Below, in pieces: positions 17,966 to 25,914 of a stretch of DNA of 37,307 nucleotides; positions within the stretch are counted from its first letter, which is position 1, and every line of letters starts with the position of its first letter. The position numbers and the translations under genes are program-made. The DNA is from Archangiaceae bacterium (GTDB lineage Bacteria; Myxococcota; Myxococcia; Myxococcales; Myxococcaceae). The notes below the pieces were generated by a model. That model saw only the letters and a program-made list of their open reading frames with translations. It was not told where the DNA came from and searched no databases. The DNA is taken from assembly GCA_043750125.1 (NCBI GenBank), contig JAYVCD010000188.1, positions 1 through 37,307 of the forward strand, in the 5' to 3' direction.

Positions 17966-19315
17966 ATGCCGACCTGGGCAATGTGGGCCATCTGTCTTGG
18001 CCTGCTGTTGTTGCGCGGGCTCCTTGGAGCCGCCGAGTCCGCCCTCACCGGGGTGTCCGACCTGCGCGCCCGCGCCTTGAAAGACGTTCACCCGCGGCGG
18101 GGGGTGCGGCTGATTCGGCTCAAGACGGATCGCGAACAGACGGCCGCTTCGCTGCGTTTCGGAATGGTGCTCTGTGGCTTCACCTCGGCGGCGATCGCGA
18201 CGCTGATGCCTCCGCGCCTGCTCGGAATCACCTTCGCCGCGCTGGGCGATAACGCGTTGATCAGCTTGCTCACTTCGCTGGCCAGCGCGCTGCTGGTCGC
18301 GATTCTCGCGACGGTGGTCGATGTCATTTTCCGCAGCGGAGCGACCGCCAACCCCGACAACTGGGCGCTCGCGCTCTCGGGCCTCTCTTCGCTCTTCGTC
18401 AATGTCCTCTACCCGGTGATGAAGCTGCTGGTCGCGCCGCTGAACCTGCTGCTGGTTCCGTTCGGAGGAAAGGTCTCGTTCCAGGCCCCCCCGCTGCCCC
18501 TGGACGAGCTCGAGAAGCTGCTGGCCGTGCAGGCGACGCAAAAGCAGGTCGACAAGAGCGCGCCCCAATTGATCCGTTCGATCTTCGAGATGTCGCACAA
18601 GAGTTGCCGCGACGTGATGGTCCCGCGCATCGATGTGGTGATGGTGGACATCACGACGCCCCCCACTCAAATCCTGGGGATGATTTCGGAACAGAACCAC
18701 TCGCGCATTCCGGTGTTCGAAGGCGAAATCGACAAGGTGGTCGGAATTCTTCACGTCCGGGACCTGGTTCCGCTGATGCAAAATCCGGTGTTGATCGTGC
18801 TGCACGACCTGATTCGCCCTGCGGTCTTCGTCCCGTGGGTGAAACCGATCGGAGACCTGCTGCGCGAGATGCAGGGGCAGAAGATTCACATGGCGGTCGT
18901 GGTGGACGAGTACGGCGGCTTCATGGGCATCGTCACCCTCGAGGACATTCTAAGAGAGATCGTCGGCGACATCGGCGACGAGTTCGAGCAGGAAACCAAG
19001 CCCTACGAGAAGCAGTCGGACGGCAGCTACCTCGTCGACGCGATGTTGAACGCGCGCGAGTTCGCCAGCGCGTTCGATTTCAAGATTCCAGAGGGCGAGT
19101 TCGAGACGCTCGGCGGGTACCTGGCCCACCTGGCCGGGGCGCTGCCCGAGGTGGGTGAGAAGTTCGCCGTCGACGGGTGGACGTTCATCGTGCACTCCAA
19201 ATCAGGACCCCGGCTCGACCGGATCCGCGTGATTCGAGCCAAGCCCAGTCTGGCCGAAAGAAAGGATGCGATGGGAGAGCTGTTGCCGCCCCGCCCTTCC
19301 CCCTCCGTCCGGTAA
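17966..19315 (+). CDS. Hemolysin-family/CNNM (DUF21)-CBS pair-CorC transporter-associated protein
   Basis: N-terminal hydrophobic DUF21 region (AAESAL), CBS motifs RDVMVPRIDV, HSRIPVF and HMAVVVDEYGGFMGIVTLEDILREIVGDIGDE, and CorC ETLGGY. Confidence 0.92.
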   Translation: MPTWAMWAICLGLLLLRGLLGAAESALTGVSDLRARALKDVHPRRGVRLIRLKTDREQTAASLRFGMVLCGFTSAAIATLMPPRLLGITFAALGDNALISLLTSLASALLVAILATVVDVIFRSGATANPDNWALALSGLSSLFVNVLYPVMKLLVAPLNLLLVPFGGKVSFQAPPLPLDELEKLLAVQATQKQVDKSAPQLIRSIFEMSHKSCRDVMVPRIDVVMVDITTPPTQILGMISEQNHSRIPVFEGEIDKVVGILHVRDLVPLMQNPVLIVLHDLIRPAVFVPWVKPIGDLLREMQGQKIHMAVVVDEYGGFMGIVTLEDILREIVGDIGDEFEQETKPYEKQSDGSYLVDAMLNAREFASAFDFKIPEGEFETLGGYLAHLAGALPEVGEKFAVDGWTFIVHSKSGPRLDRIRVIRAKPSLAERKDAMGELLPPRPSPSVR

Positions 19316-19321
19316 ACGACG

Positions 19322-19759
19322 CTAGAACTTCGGAGCTCCGCGAATGAGCACCTGCCTGCGGGTCGCGAACTGCAGCCGTTCTTCGAGCCGGCGCTGCACG
19401 GTCAGCTCTCCGGACAGCTCGAGCGTGACCGTGCGCCACCCGTCATCTCGGGCCGAGTGCACCGTCAGCAGCGGAGCGCTCACCTTCACCGCGCTCGGCC
19501 CCCGCTCATCGAGTCGCTGCGAGACGGCGTACACCCCGCTGCCCAGCGGCTGGCCATCGATCAGCACCTGCCACTGGGTGCGCAGCGCGACGCCTCCGCC
19601 GCGCACGGTGAGGCCAAAATCGAGCTGGCCCCGCGACGCCGAACCGAACGAGACCTCGAGGCTGTCCACCGTCAGCTCGGGCTCACCGGCCGACCCCAGA
19701 GTGCGGCAGCCGAGCAGAATCAATGACAGACACACCGCTGCCCCCCGGAGCATCTTCAA
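19322..19759 (-). CDS. Hypothetical lipoprotein (possibly a divergent LEA_2-like beta sandwich)
   Basis: Lipobox LLGC. The TTG start overlaps the kinase stop; ATG 19753 is an alternative start. Confidence 0.65.
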   Translation of the reverse strand: MKMLRGAAVCLSLILLGCRTLGSAGEPELTVDSLEVSFGSASRGQLDFGLTVRGGGVALRTQWQVLIDGQPLGSGVYAVSQRLDERGPSAVKVSAPLLTVHSARDDGWRTVTLELSGELTVQRRLEERLQFATRRQVLIRGAPKF

Positions 19760-20673
19760 CCACCCAGCAGCGGCTTGAGGGCATCGACCGTCATCGGCCA
19801 GCCGGCCCGGCGCGCGGCGACTTCGAGTGCCTTGAGAAACTCGGCTGCCGATTGAAAGCGCAGCGCGCGATCTGCAAACAGCGCCTTGCGCACCACCGCC
19901 GCGACAAAGTCGGGAAGGTCGGGATTGAACTTGTGGACGCTGGGCACCCGCGCGTCGCGAACTTTCTGCATCACCTCGAGCTCAGAGCTGCCCGAGAACA
20001 ACCTCTGATTGGCGAACAGCTCCCAGAGAATGACGCCGACGGCAAAGAGGTCGGCGCGAGGGTCCACCGCCTGCCCCAGCACGGCCTCCGGAGACATGTA
20101 CGCAATCGTGCCGCGCAGCGCCCCTTCCGTCCCCCGCATTACGCCCTCGACCTCGGCGACTCCGAAGTCGGTCAGCTTCACGTCCCCTCCGATGCCCAGC
20201 AGGATGTTCGACGGGTTCACATCGCGATGGACGATGGGCGCTCCGCTGTCGCCGACTTTCACCCGGTGGATGTAGTCGAGCGCCTTGAGCAGACAGCTGG
20301 TGATGTACGCGGACGCGGACGAGGGCATCGCGGCCCCGGCCTTGATGAACTCGTCTTGCATGAACGCGAGTGTTCGGCCCGCGACCAATTCCTGCACCAT
20401 CAGGTAATCGATTCCGGCTTTGAAGCATCGGTAGGTGCGAACGATGTGCCCGTGCCGAAGACGAACGGTGAGCTTGGCCTCGTCGACGAACGCCTTCACG
20501 AATGCGCCGTCGTTTCGATACGCGGGCAGCAACCGCTTGAGCACGATGTCGTCGGGCTCGCCTGGGCTTCGCTGCGTGGTGGCCAGGGCTTTGGCCTGGT
20601 AGACCTCGGCCATACCGCCGACCGCCAGGCGGCCTACCAGTTGATAACCACCCAGCTCGGTTTCCTGCGCCAC
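19756..20673 (-). CDS. Eukaryote-like Ser/Thr protein kinase (kinase domain only)
   Basis: Motifs LAVGGMAEVY, IVLKR, VHRDVNPSNIL, KLTDFGVA, GTIAYMSPE and DLFAVGVILWE. Confidence 0.93.
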   Translation of the reverse strand: MAQETELGGYQLVGRLAVGGMAEVYQAKALATTQRSPGEPDDIVLKRLLPAYRNDGAFVKAFVDEAKLTVRLRHGHIVRTYRCFKAGIDYLMVQELVAGRTLAFMQDEFIKAGAAMPSSASAYITSCLLKALDYIHRVKVGDSGAPIVHRDVNPSNILLGIGGDVKLTDFGVAEVEGVMRGTEGALRGTIAYMSPEAVLGQAVDPRADLFAVGVILWELFANQRLFSGSSELEVMQKVRDARVPSVHKFNPDLPDFVAAVVRKALFADRALRFQSAAEFLKALEVAARRAGWPMTVDALKPLLGG

Positions 20674-20681
20674 GGAAGTCG

Positions 20682-22118
20682 CTACTGTTTAGCCCAGAGC
20701 TTTGCTGAGTCGACCGGGGATCTGCCTGCGTACACCCGTTCGTATTCAGCCGCCGAACGGTCCCACGAAAAGTCCTGCGCCATTCCCCGCCGCCGCACGG
20801 CGAACAGTTGGGGCGCATCGAGCCACAGGTCCCACGCGCGCTCGCACGCCTCGCCCAGCGCTTCGGCCGAGTACGGCTCGAAGACGATGCCCGTGGCGTG
20901 GGGGGACTTCAGATCCACCACCGTGTCGCGCAGGCCCCCGACGGCGCGAACAATCGGCACTGCCCCATAGCGAAGCGAGTACATCTGGTTGAGCCCGCAG
21001 GGCTCGAACTTCGAGGGCATCACGAAGAAGTCGCTTCCGGCTTCCACCCGGTGCGCGGTGCCTTCGTCGAAACCGATCTTCACTCCCAATCGGTCGGGGA
21101 ACTGCTGCGCCAACTGCAGCCATTTTTCCTCGAGCGGTTTGTCGCCGCTGCCCAGCACCACGGCGCAGGCCCCCCGCGCCAACTGCACCTGCACCTGCTG
21201 CTGCCACAACTCGACTCCCTTTTGATCCGCCATTCGGCCGACCGAGCCGAACACCGGCCCCCGGGAACCCGGTGAGAGCCCGAACTCTTTGAGCAGGGCG
21301 CGGGTGCAGACTTCCTTTCCGCTGATGTCATCGCGCGAGAAGAGCGCGGGCAGAAGCGGGTCGGCGTCGGGGTTCCACGCCTGGGTGTCGATCCCGTTGA
21401 GGATTCCGGTGAAGTCCGCGCGCCGGTGGCGCAATAGACCGTCCAGCCCGCTGCCCCCTTCGGGGGTCTGAACCTCGAGCGCATACGAGGGGGAAACGGT
21501 GGTCAGGGCATCGCTGTAGACGAGCGCCGCCTTGAGGAAGCTGAAGTTTCCGTAGAACTCGACACCCTGCGGGTTGAACATCGACGCCGGCACCGCGAGC
21601 TCGCCCGCGGCCGAGGCGGGGAAATTTCCCTGGTAGGCGATGTTGTGAATCGTGGTGACGCAGCGGGCGCGAATCGCAAACGAGGTGCGAAGCGCGACCG
21701 CGGCCAACCCGGGCTGCCAATCGTTGAGGTGCACCACCTCGGGATCAAAACCGGAGGCGCGGGCGTGCCAGAGCGCCGCCATCGCGAAGAAGCCGAACCT
21801 TCGCGCGTCGTCGGGGTATCCGTACAAATCAGGGCGACTGCCGAAGAACTCTTCTTCTTCGACGAAGATCAGCTGCAGACGATTTGCGAGCTGAACCGTG
21901 CGGTATCGGGCGATTATCGGGCCGAACGGAAACTGCAGCGTGAGCGGAGTCTGGGCGGGCCCCAACCCGGCGGTCGAGACGCTGCCGTAGCGGGGGGTGA
22001 CGACCTGGACCTCGTGGCCCCGCGCGGCGAGCGCCGCCGGCAGTGCGCCCGCTACGTCTCCCAGTCCTCCGGTCTTCGAATACGGAGCGACCTCTGACGC
22101 GACGAAGAGAACCTTCAA
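20682..22118 (-). CDS. glgA: Glycogen synthase
   Basis: Motifs KVLFVASEVAPYSKTGGLGDV, HLNDWQ, TIHNIAYQG, GILNGID and MPSKFEPCGLNQMYSLRYG. Confidence 0.97.
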   Translation of the reverse strand: MKVLFVASEVAPYSKTGGLGDVAGALPAALAARGHEVQVVTPRYGSVSTAGLGPAQTPLTLQFPFGPIIARYRTVQLANRLQLIFVEEEEFFGSRPDLYGYPDDARRFGFFAMAALWHARASGFDPEVVHLNDWQPGLAAVALRTSFAIRARCVTTIHNIAYQGNFPASAAGELAVPASMFNPQGVEFYGNFSFLKAALVYSDALTTVSPSYALEVQTPEGGSGLDGLLRHRRADFTGILNGIDTQAWNPDADPLLPALFSRDDISGKEVCTRALLKEFGLSPGSRGPVFGSVGRMADQKGVELWQQQVQVQLARGACAVVLGSGDKPLEEKWLQLAQQFPDRLGVKIGFDEGTAHRVEAGSDFFVMPSKFEPCGLNQMYSLRYGAVPIVRAVGGLRDTVVDLKSPHATGIVFEPYSAEALGEACERAWDLWLDAPQLFAVRRRGMAQDFSWDRSAAEYERVYAGRSPVDSAKLWAKQ

Positions 22119-22214
22119 GGGGCCGCCTCAATAGCATTGAATCCGGACACAAAAGAAAACGCGGTCGGCGGCTCGAAGGAGCACACCGGCCGCGTCCTCT
22201 TCGATCCGAAAAGA

Positions 22215-23435
22215 CTACTGAATGCAGCCCGGACGACACCCGTTGCCCGACTCGCAAGCGGTGCGGCAGACGATCGACCCGGTGGTGCTGCAGGCGTTGT
22301 CCGCAACCGTCGCGTCGGCCTGGCAGAACGAAGCGCAATAGGTGCTGGTGCAACCCGCGATGCACGCGAACATCGACTGCATCACCCGCGAATGGCAGTC
22401 GGTGACGCAGGTGGCCTGGCAACCATTGCACTCAGGGGCATTACAGACATCGCATGCCAGGGTGTTGCTGTGCGCACAGCCGGTCGCCGCGACACAGGTG
22501 TCGGCCGAGCACGACTGATGATCATTGCAGTCGACCGGACCGCCCGCCACGCAAGCCCCTGCAGCGCAGGTGTCGTTGGTGGTGCAAGCATTCCCATCTT
22601 CACAGGGCGCCGCATTCGCAGAGATCAGGCACGAGCCCTGGTAGCAGACGTTGTCAGTACAGACATTTCCGTCTTCGCACACACTGCCATTGACCTTCGT
22701 TGGGTTGGAACAGCTTCCGTTGTTCGGGTCGCAGGCGCCCGCCAGGTGGCACACGTCGGAAGCGCCGCAGACCACCGGGGTGGTTCCGACGCACGCGCCC
22801 GCCTGACACGAATCGATTTGGGTGCACGCATTTCCGTCGCTGCAGGTCGAGCCGTTGCTGCGGAACGAGCAAGTGGGAGAGCAGCAAGCGGTGCCGTCAC
22901 ACTGTTCACCGGCCTCGACAATGCCATTGCCACACACGGCACAATTGTAGGCCTGGGCAGTGGGAATGAAGGTGGCACTGCGCGAAGGACTGTCTGCGTT
23001 GACGCTGACCGCATTGCGCATGTCCTTCGCGCCGGAATAGTTGGCGAGCTCGCAGAGGCTCTTGGTGAACGAAAGAGTCAAAGTGCCATAGGCCGGAATC
23101 GAGGCCGGCAGAGCAATCGCCACCGGGCCGACGCGAAATGAGTCGACCGTGCTTCCCGTCGCATAATTGGGAGTCGCGGCGCCGCTCGGGTAACGAACTT
23201 CCAACCAATCAGAAAGGGACGTGACGGTCTGCGCGGTGCCCGCCGAGTTGGTGATCGTGATCGTTCCGGAAACGACGGTTCCATTCACCGTGGCGGTGGT
23301 GGTCACCCCCAGGCTCGACCCGCCCCTGGCCGACGCAGTGAAGGAGGCCAGAGATGAAATGAGGATCACCAGGCTCGCGACCGGAAGCGCAGATCGAGGG
23401 CTGGAGAACGACGAAGAGCGTGTCTTTTTTGACAT
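22215..23435 (-). CDS. Secreted Cys-rich protein (myxobacterial disulfide repeat plus CxDGNxCT repeats)
   Basis: GAGG SD, signal peptide and an Ig-like N-domain. Repeats include CGNGIVEAGEQCD, CSDGNACT, CEDGNVCT, CEDGNACT and CNDHQSCS, followed by a CxxxC-rich tail. Confidence 0.85.
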   Translation of the reverse strand: MSKKTRSSSFSSPRSALPVASLVILISSLASFTASARGGSSLGVTTTATVNGTVVSGTITITNSAGTAQTVTSLSDWLEVRYPSGAATPNYATGSTVDSFRVGPVAIALPASIPAYGTLTLSFTKSLCELANYSGAKDMRNAVSVNADSPSRSATFIPTAQAYNCAVCGNGIVEAGEQCDGTACCSPTCSFRSNGSTCSDGNACTQIDSCQAGACVGTTPVVCGASDVCHLAGACDPNNGSCSNPTKVNGSVCEDGNVCTDNVCYQGSCLISANAAPCEDGNACTTNDTCAAGACVAGGPVDCNDHQSCSADTCVAATGCAHSNTLACDVCNAPECNGCQATCVTDCHSRVMQSMFACIAGCTSTYCASFCQADATVADNACSTTGSIVCRTACESGNGCRPGCIQ

Positions 23436-23720
23436 TTATTACCTCGTTGAGATGTGTGTACTGACGGCGTGTCTGCTCAACGCATAGATTGGAAGTTTTC
23501 GGACATCAACTTCAACTCCGGTCGCTGACCACAAAGTTTTTTCTCCAACGCTTTGGCCGCATCGAATTTCACTGCCGCCGCTATTTTCCATTTGGAGTGC
23601 GGGTCAAACCGAAGACTCGAGGCCGCACATGTATGGCGGCAAGACACTCGGCAGAGGCCACGCCCCAAAGCTACGTCGATCCCCCTCGGCGCTGTTTCAA
23701 CAGGCTGGTAAGAGCCGCCG

Positions 23721-24308
23721 ATGATCACCGACTGGAATGAGCCGTTCGACCGCTTTGCCGAGCTCTTCGAGCTGGCCCGGAAGAGCCAACCGAAAGATCC
23801 GAACGCGGTGACCCTCGCCACCACGGACGCGAAAGGCCGGCCTTCGGCGCGAGTCGTGCTGATGAAAGAAGTCGACCGCCGCGGCTTCGTCGTTTTCACC
23901 AACTACGAGAGCCGAAAGGGCCGCGAGCTGACCGGACAGAAGGTCGCCGCGCTGTGCTTCTACTGGCCGTCGCTGGATCGCCAGGTGCGCGTCGAGGGGA
24001 CAGTCGAAAAGGTGAGCGCTTCGGAATCAGACGCCTACTTCGCGACCCGGGCCCGCGTGTCTCAGCTCGGCGCCTGGGCCTCTCTTCAGAGCCAGCCCCT
24101 GGACGACCGCAAGACGCTCGAACAGCGGCTGGCAGACTATTCAAAGAAGTTCGAGGGCCACCCGGTGGCACGGCCTCCCCATTGGGGCGGATTTCGGATC
24201 CTCCCCGAGCGAATCGAGTTCTGGACGGCCGAGGAAAACCGGCTGCACGAGCGGCAGGTCTACGAGAAACAGGGCGAAGGGTGGGTGACAAGGGCGCTGT
24301 TCCCCTGA
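23721..24308 (+). CDS. pdxH: Pyridoxine/pyridoxamine 5'-phosphate oxidase
   Basis: Motifs PNAVTLAT, PSARVVLMK, FTNYESRKG, RQVRVEG, SQLGAWASLQS, RPPHWGG and IEFW...RLHER. Confidence 0.97.
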   Translation: MITDWNEPFDRFAELFELARKSQPKDPNAVTLATTDAKGRPSARVVLMKEVDRRGFVVFTNYESRKGRELTGQKVAALCFYWPSLDRQVRVEGTVEKVSASESDAYFATRARVSQLGAWASLQSQPLDDRKTLEQRLADYSKKFEGHPVARPPHWGGFRILPERIEFWTAEENRLHERQVYEKQGEGWVTRALFP

Positions 24309-24411
24309 AGCTCGGCTCTGACTGCCTCGAGAGACGAAATCGGTCAGCTCGGCGGTGTCTGTTCTGATGCGCTGAAGCGCATTGCGGTTGCATTCAGACC
24401 ACGCACCCGGC

Positions 24412-25680
24412 ATGGAAAGCGGCACCTTGGCTTCAGACGCGTGGGCCGTCTTACGCATCCCCTTCGTTCGCACCTTTGCGCTCGGTCGAATCGCGTCGGT
24501 GCTCGGGATTCAGATCATCTCAACCGCGGTCGGCTGGGAGCTCTACGAGCGAACCCACAACGCCTGGTCGCTGGCATTGGTCGGAGTCTTCGAGCTGCTG
24601 CCCGTCTTGGTGCTGGTGTTGCCGGCGGGCAGTGTGATCGATCTCTTTCCCCGCAGGCACATCGCGGTGTTGGCGCACCTGGTCTTCACGCTCGCAGGGT
24701 GCGGGCTGGTCGCGGTGTCGGCGCTCCACGGGCCCATTGCGCTGATCTACGCGTTGTTGACGGTGGTCGGTGCCGCGCGGGCGTTCGGCTCGCCTGCGGT
24801 CGCGACGCTGCTGCCCCAGCTGCTTCCCTCGCACCAATACGCGCAAGCCAATGCGTGGCTCTCGTCGAGCTTCGAGCTGGCGTCGATCGTCGGGCCCGCG
24901 CTGGCCGGGTTCCTGATCGCCATGCGTGGCGATGCGACCCTCGCCTATGTCGCCGGCGCGCTCGGAGAGGCGACCTTCGTCGCGCTGTTGTTCACGCTGC
25001 CACTCAAGCCGCCGCCGCCCGAGAAGAAGAGCAAGCGCACCGTTGCAGACATGTTCGCGGGCTTCGCCTTCATCCGCCGAAATCCGGTCTTCCTCGCGGC
25101 GATCACGCTCGATCTCTTCGCCGTCCTGCTGGGCGGAGCGACCGCGCTGCTGCCGATGTTCGCCAAAGACGTGCTCCACGTCGGGCCGACGGGCCTGGGT
25201 TGGTTGCGGGCTGCGCCGGCCGCCGGCGCGATGCTGATGGCGCTGCTCACCACCCGGTTGCCGGCGTGGAAGAAGCCTGGGCGCACGCTGCTGTGGGTGG
25301 TGGCGGGCTTCGGGCTGGCGACAATCGGCTTCGGTCTGTCGACGAGCTTTCCGCTGTCGCTGGCCTGCCTATTTTTCACCGGGGTCTTCGACAACATCAG
25401 CGTGGTGATCCGACTGACGCTCGAGCAGGTGCTCACTCCCGACGCGCTGCGCGGCCGCGTCTCGTCGGTGCACTTCGTCTTCATCGGGTTTTCAAACGAG
25501 CTGGGAGGCTTCGAGAGCGGAGCGACTGCCGCCCTGTTCGGCCCCGTGGCCTCGGTGGTGGGCGGAGGCATCGGAACGATCGCGATCGTCGCCCTCGTCG
25601 CGCTCGGCTGGCCGGTGCTGGCGCGACTTCACCCCCTGCACACCCTCACTGCGCTCTCTGAACCGAACGACTCGCTTTGA
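24412..25680 (+). CDS. MFS transporter (DHA3/MFS_3-like)
   Basis: About 12 hydrophobic segments, with motifs GSVIDLFPRR, AAITLDLFAVLLGGATALLP and TPDALRGRVSSV...SNELGGFESG. Confidence 0.92.
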   Translation: MESGTLASDAWAVLRIPFVRTFALGRIASVLGIQIISTAVGWELYERTHNAWSLALVGVFELLPVLVLVLPAGSVIDLFPRRHIAVLAHLVFTLAGCGLVAVSALHGPIALIYALLTVVGAARAFGSPAVATLLPQLLPSHQYAQANAWLSSSFELASIVGPALAGFLIAMRGDATLAYVAGALGEATFVALLFTLPLKPPPPEKKSKRTVADMFAGFAFIRRNPVFLAAITLDLFAVLLGGATALLPMFAKDVLHVGPTGLGWLRAAPAAGAMLMALLTTRLPAWKKPGRTLLWVVAGFGLATIGFGLSTSFPLSLACLFFTGVFDNISVVIRLTLEQVLTPDALRGRVSSVHFVFIGFSNELGGFESGATAALFGPVASVVGGGIGTIAIVALVALGWPVLARLHPLHTLTALSEPNDSL

Positions 25681-25711
25681 AGAGCTGCTCCCGAGCAGCC
25701 CGAAACAAAGC

Positions 25712-25914
25712 GCTGTACTCGGCCTGGTCGTGCAGCGCGCACACGGCTTCGAGTTCAATTCCCGGGAAGCAACTGCCAACCGTCCCGAGTTGGTTCTCGA
25801 GTTCGCGCCGGTGAGCTGCGCGGCTACCCCAACGGCGTGCACCGCGAACGAAGCGTGCGTGACCGGGCTGTGCACGCCGGGCATCGCGCGCTCGAACGCC
25901 TCTCGACGCCCTGA
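25712..25914 (+). pseudogene. Orphan fragment of a DNRLRE/CBM96-domain, Cys-rich surface protein
   Basis: GFEFNSREATANRPELVLEF matches the F-x-S-x-E...P-x-L-V pattern that ends DNRLRE domains. It is followed by SCAATPTACTANEACVTGLC. No N-terminus is present and the boundaries are approximate. Confidence 0.5.

Noticed and set aside
25684-25699. GCTGCT-CCCG-AGCAGC hairpin after the MFS gene as an intrinsic terminator
   Set aside because: Short stem with no U-tract immediately following on either strand.
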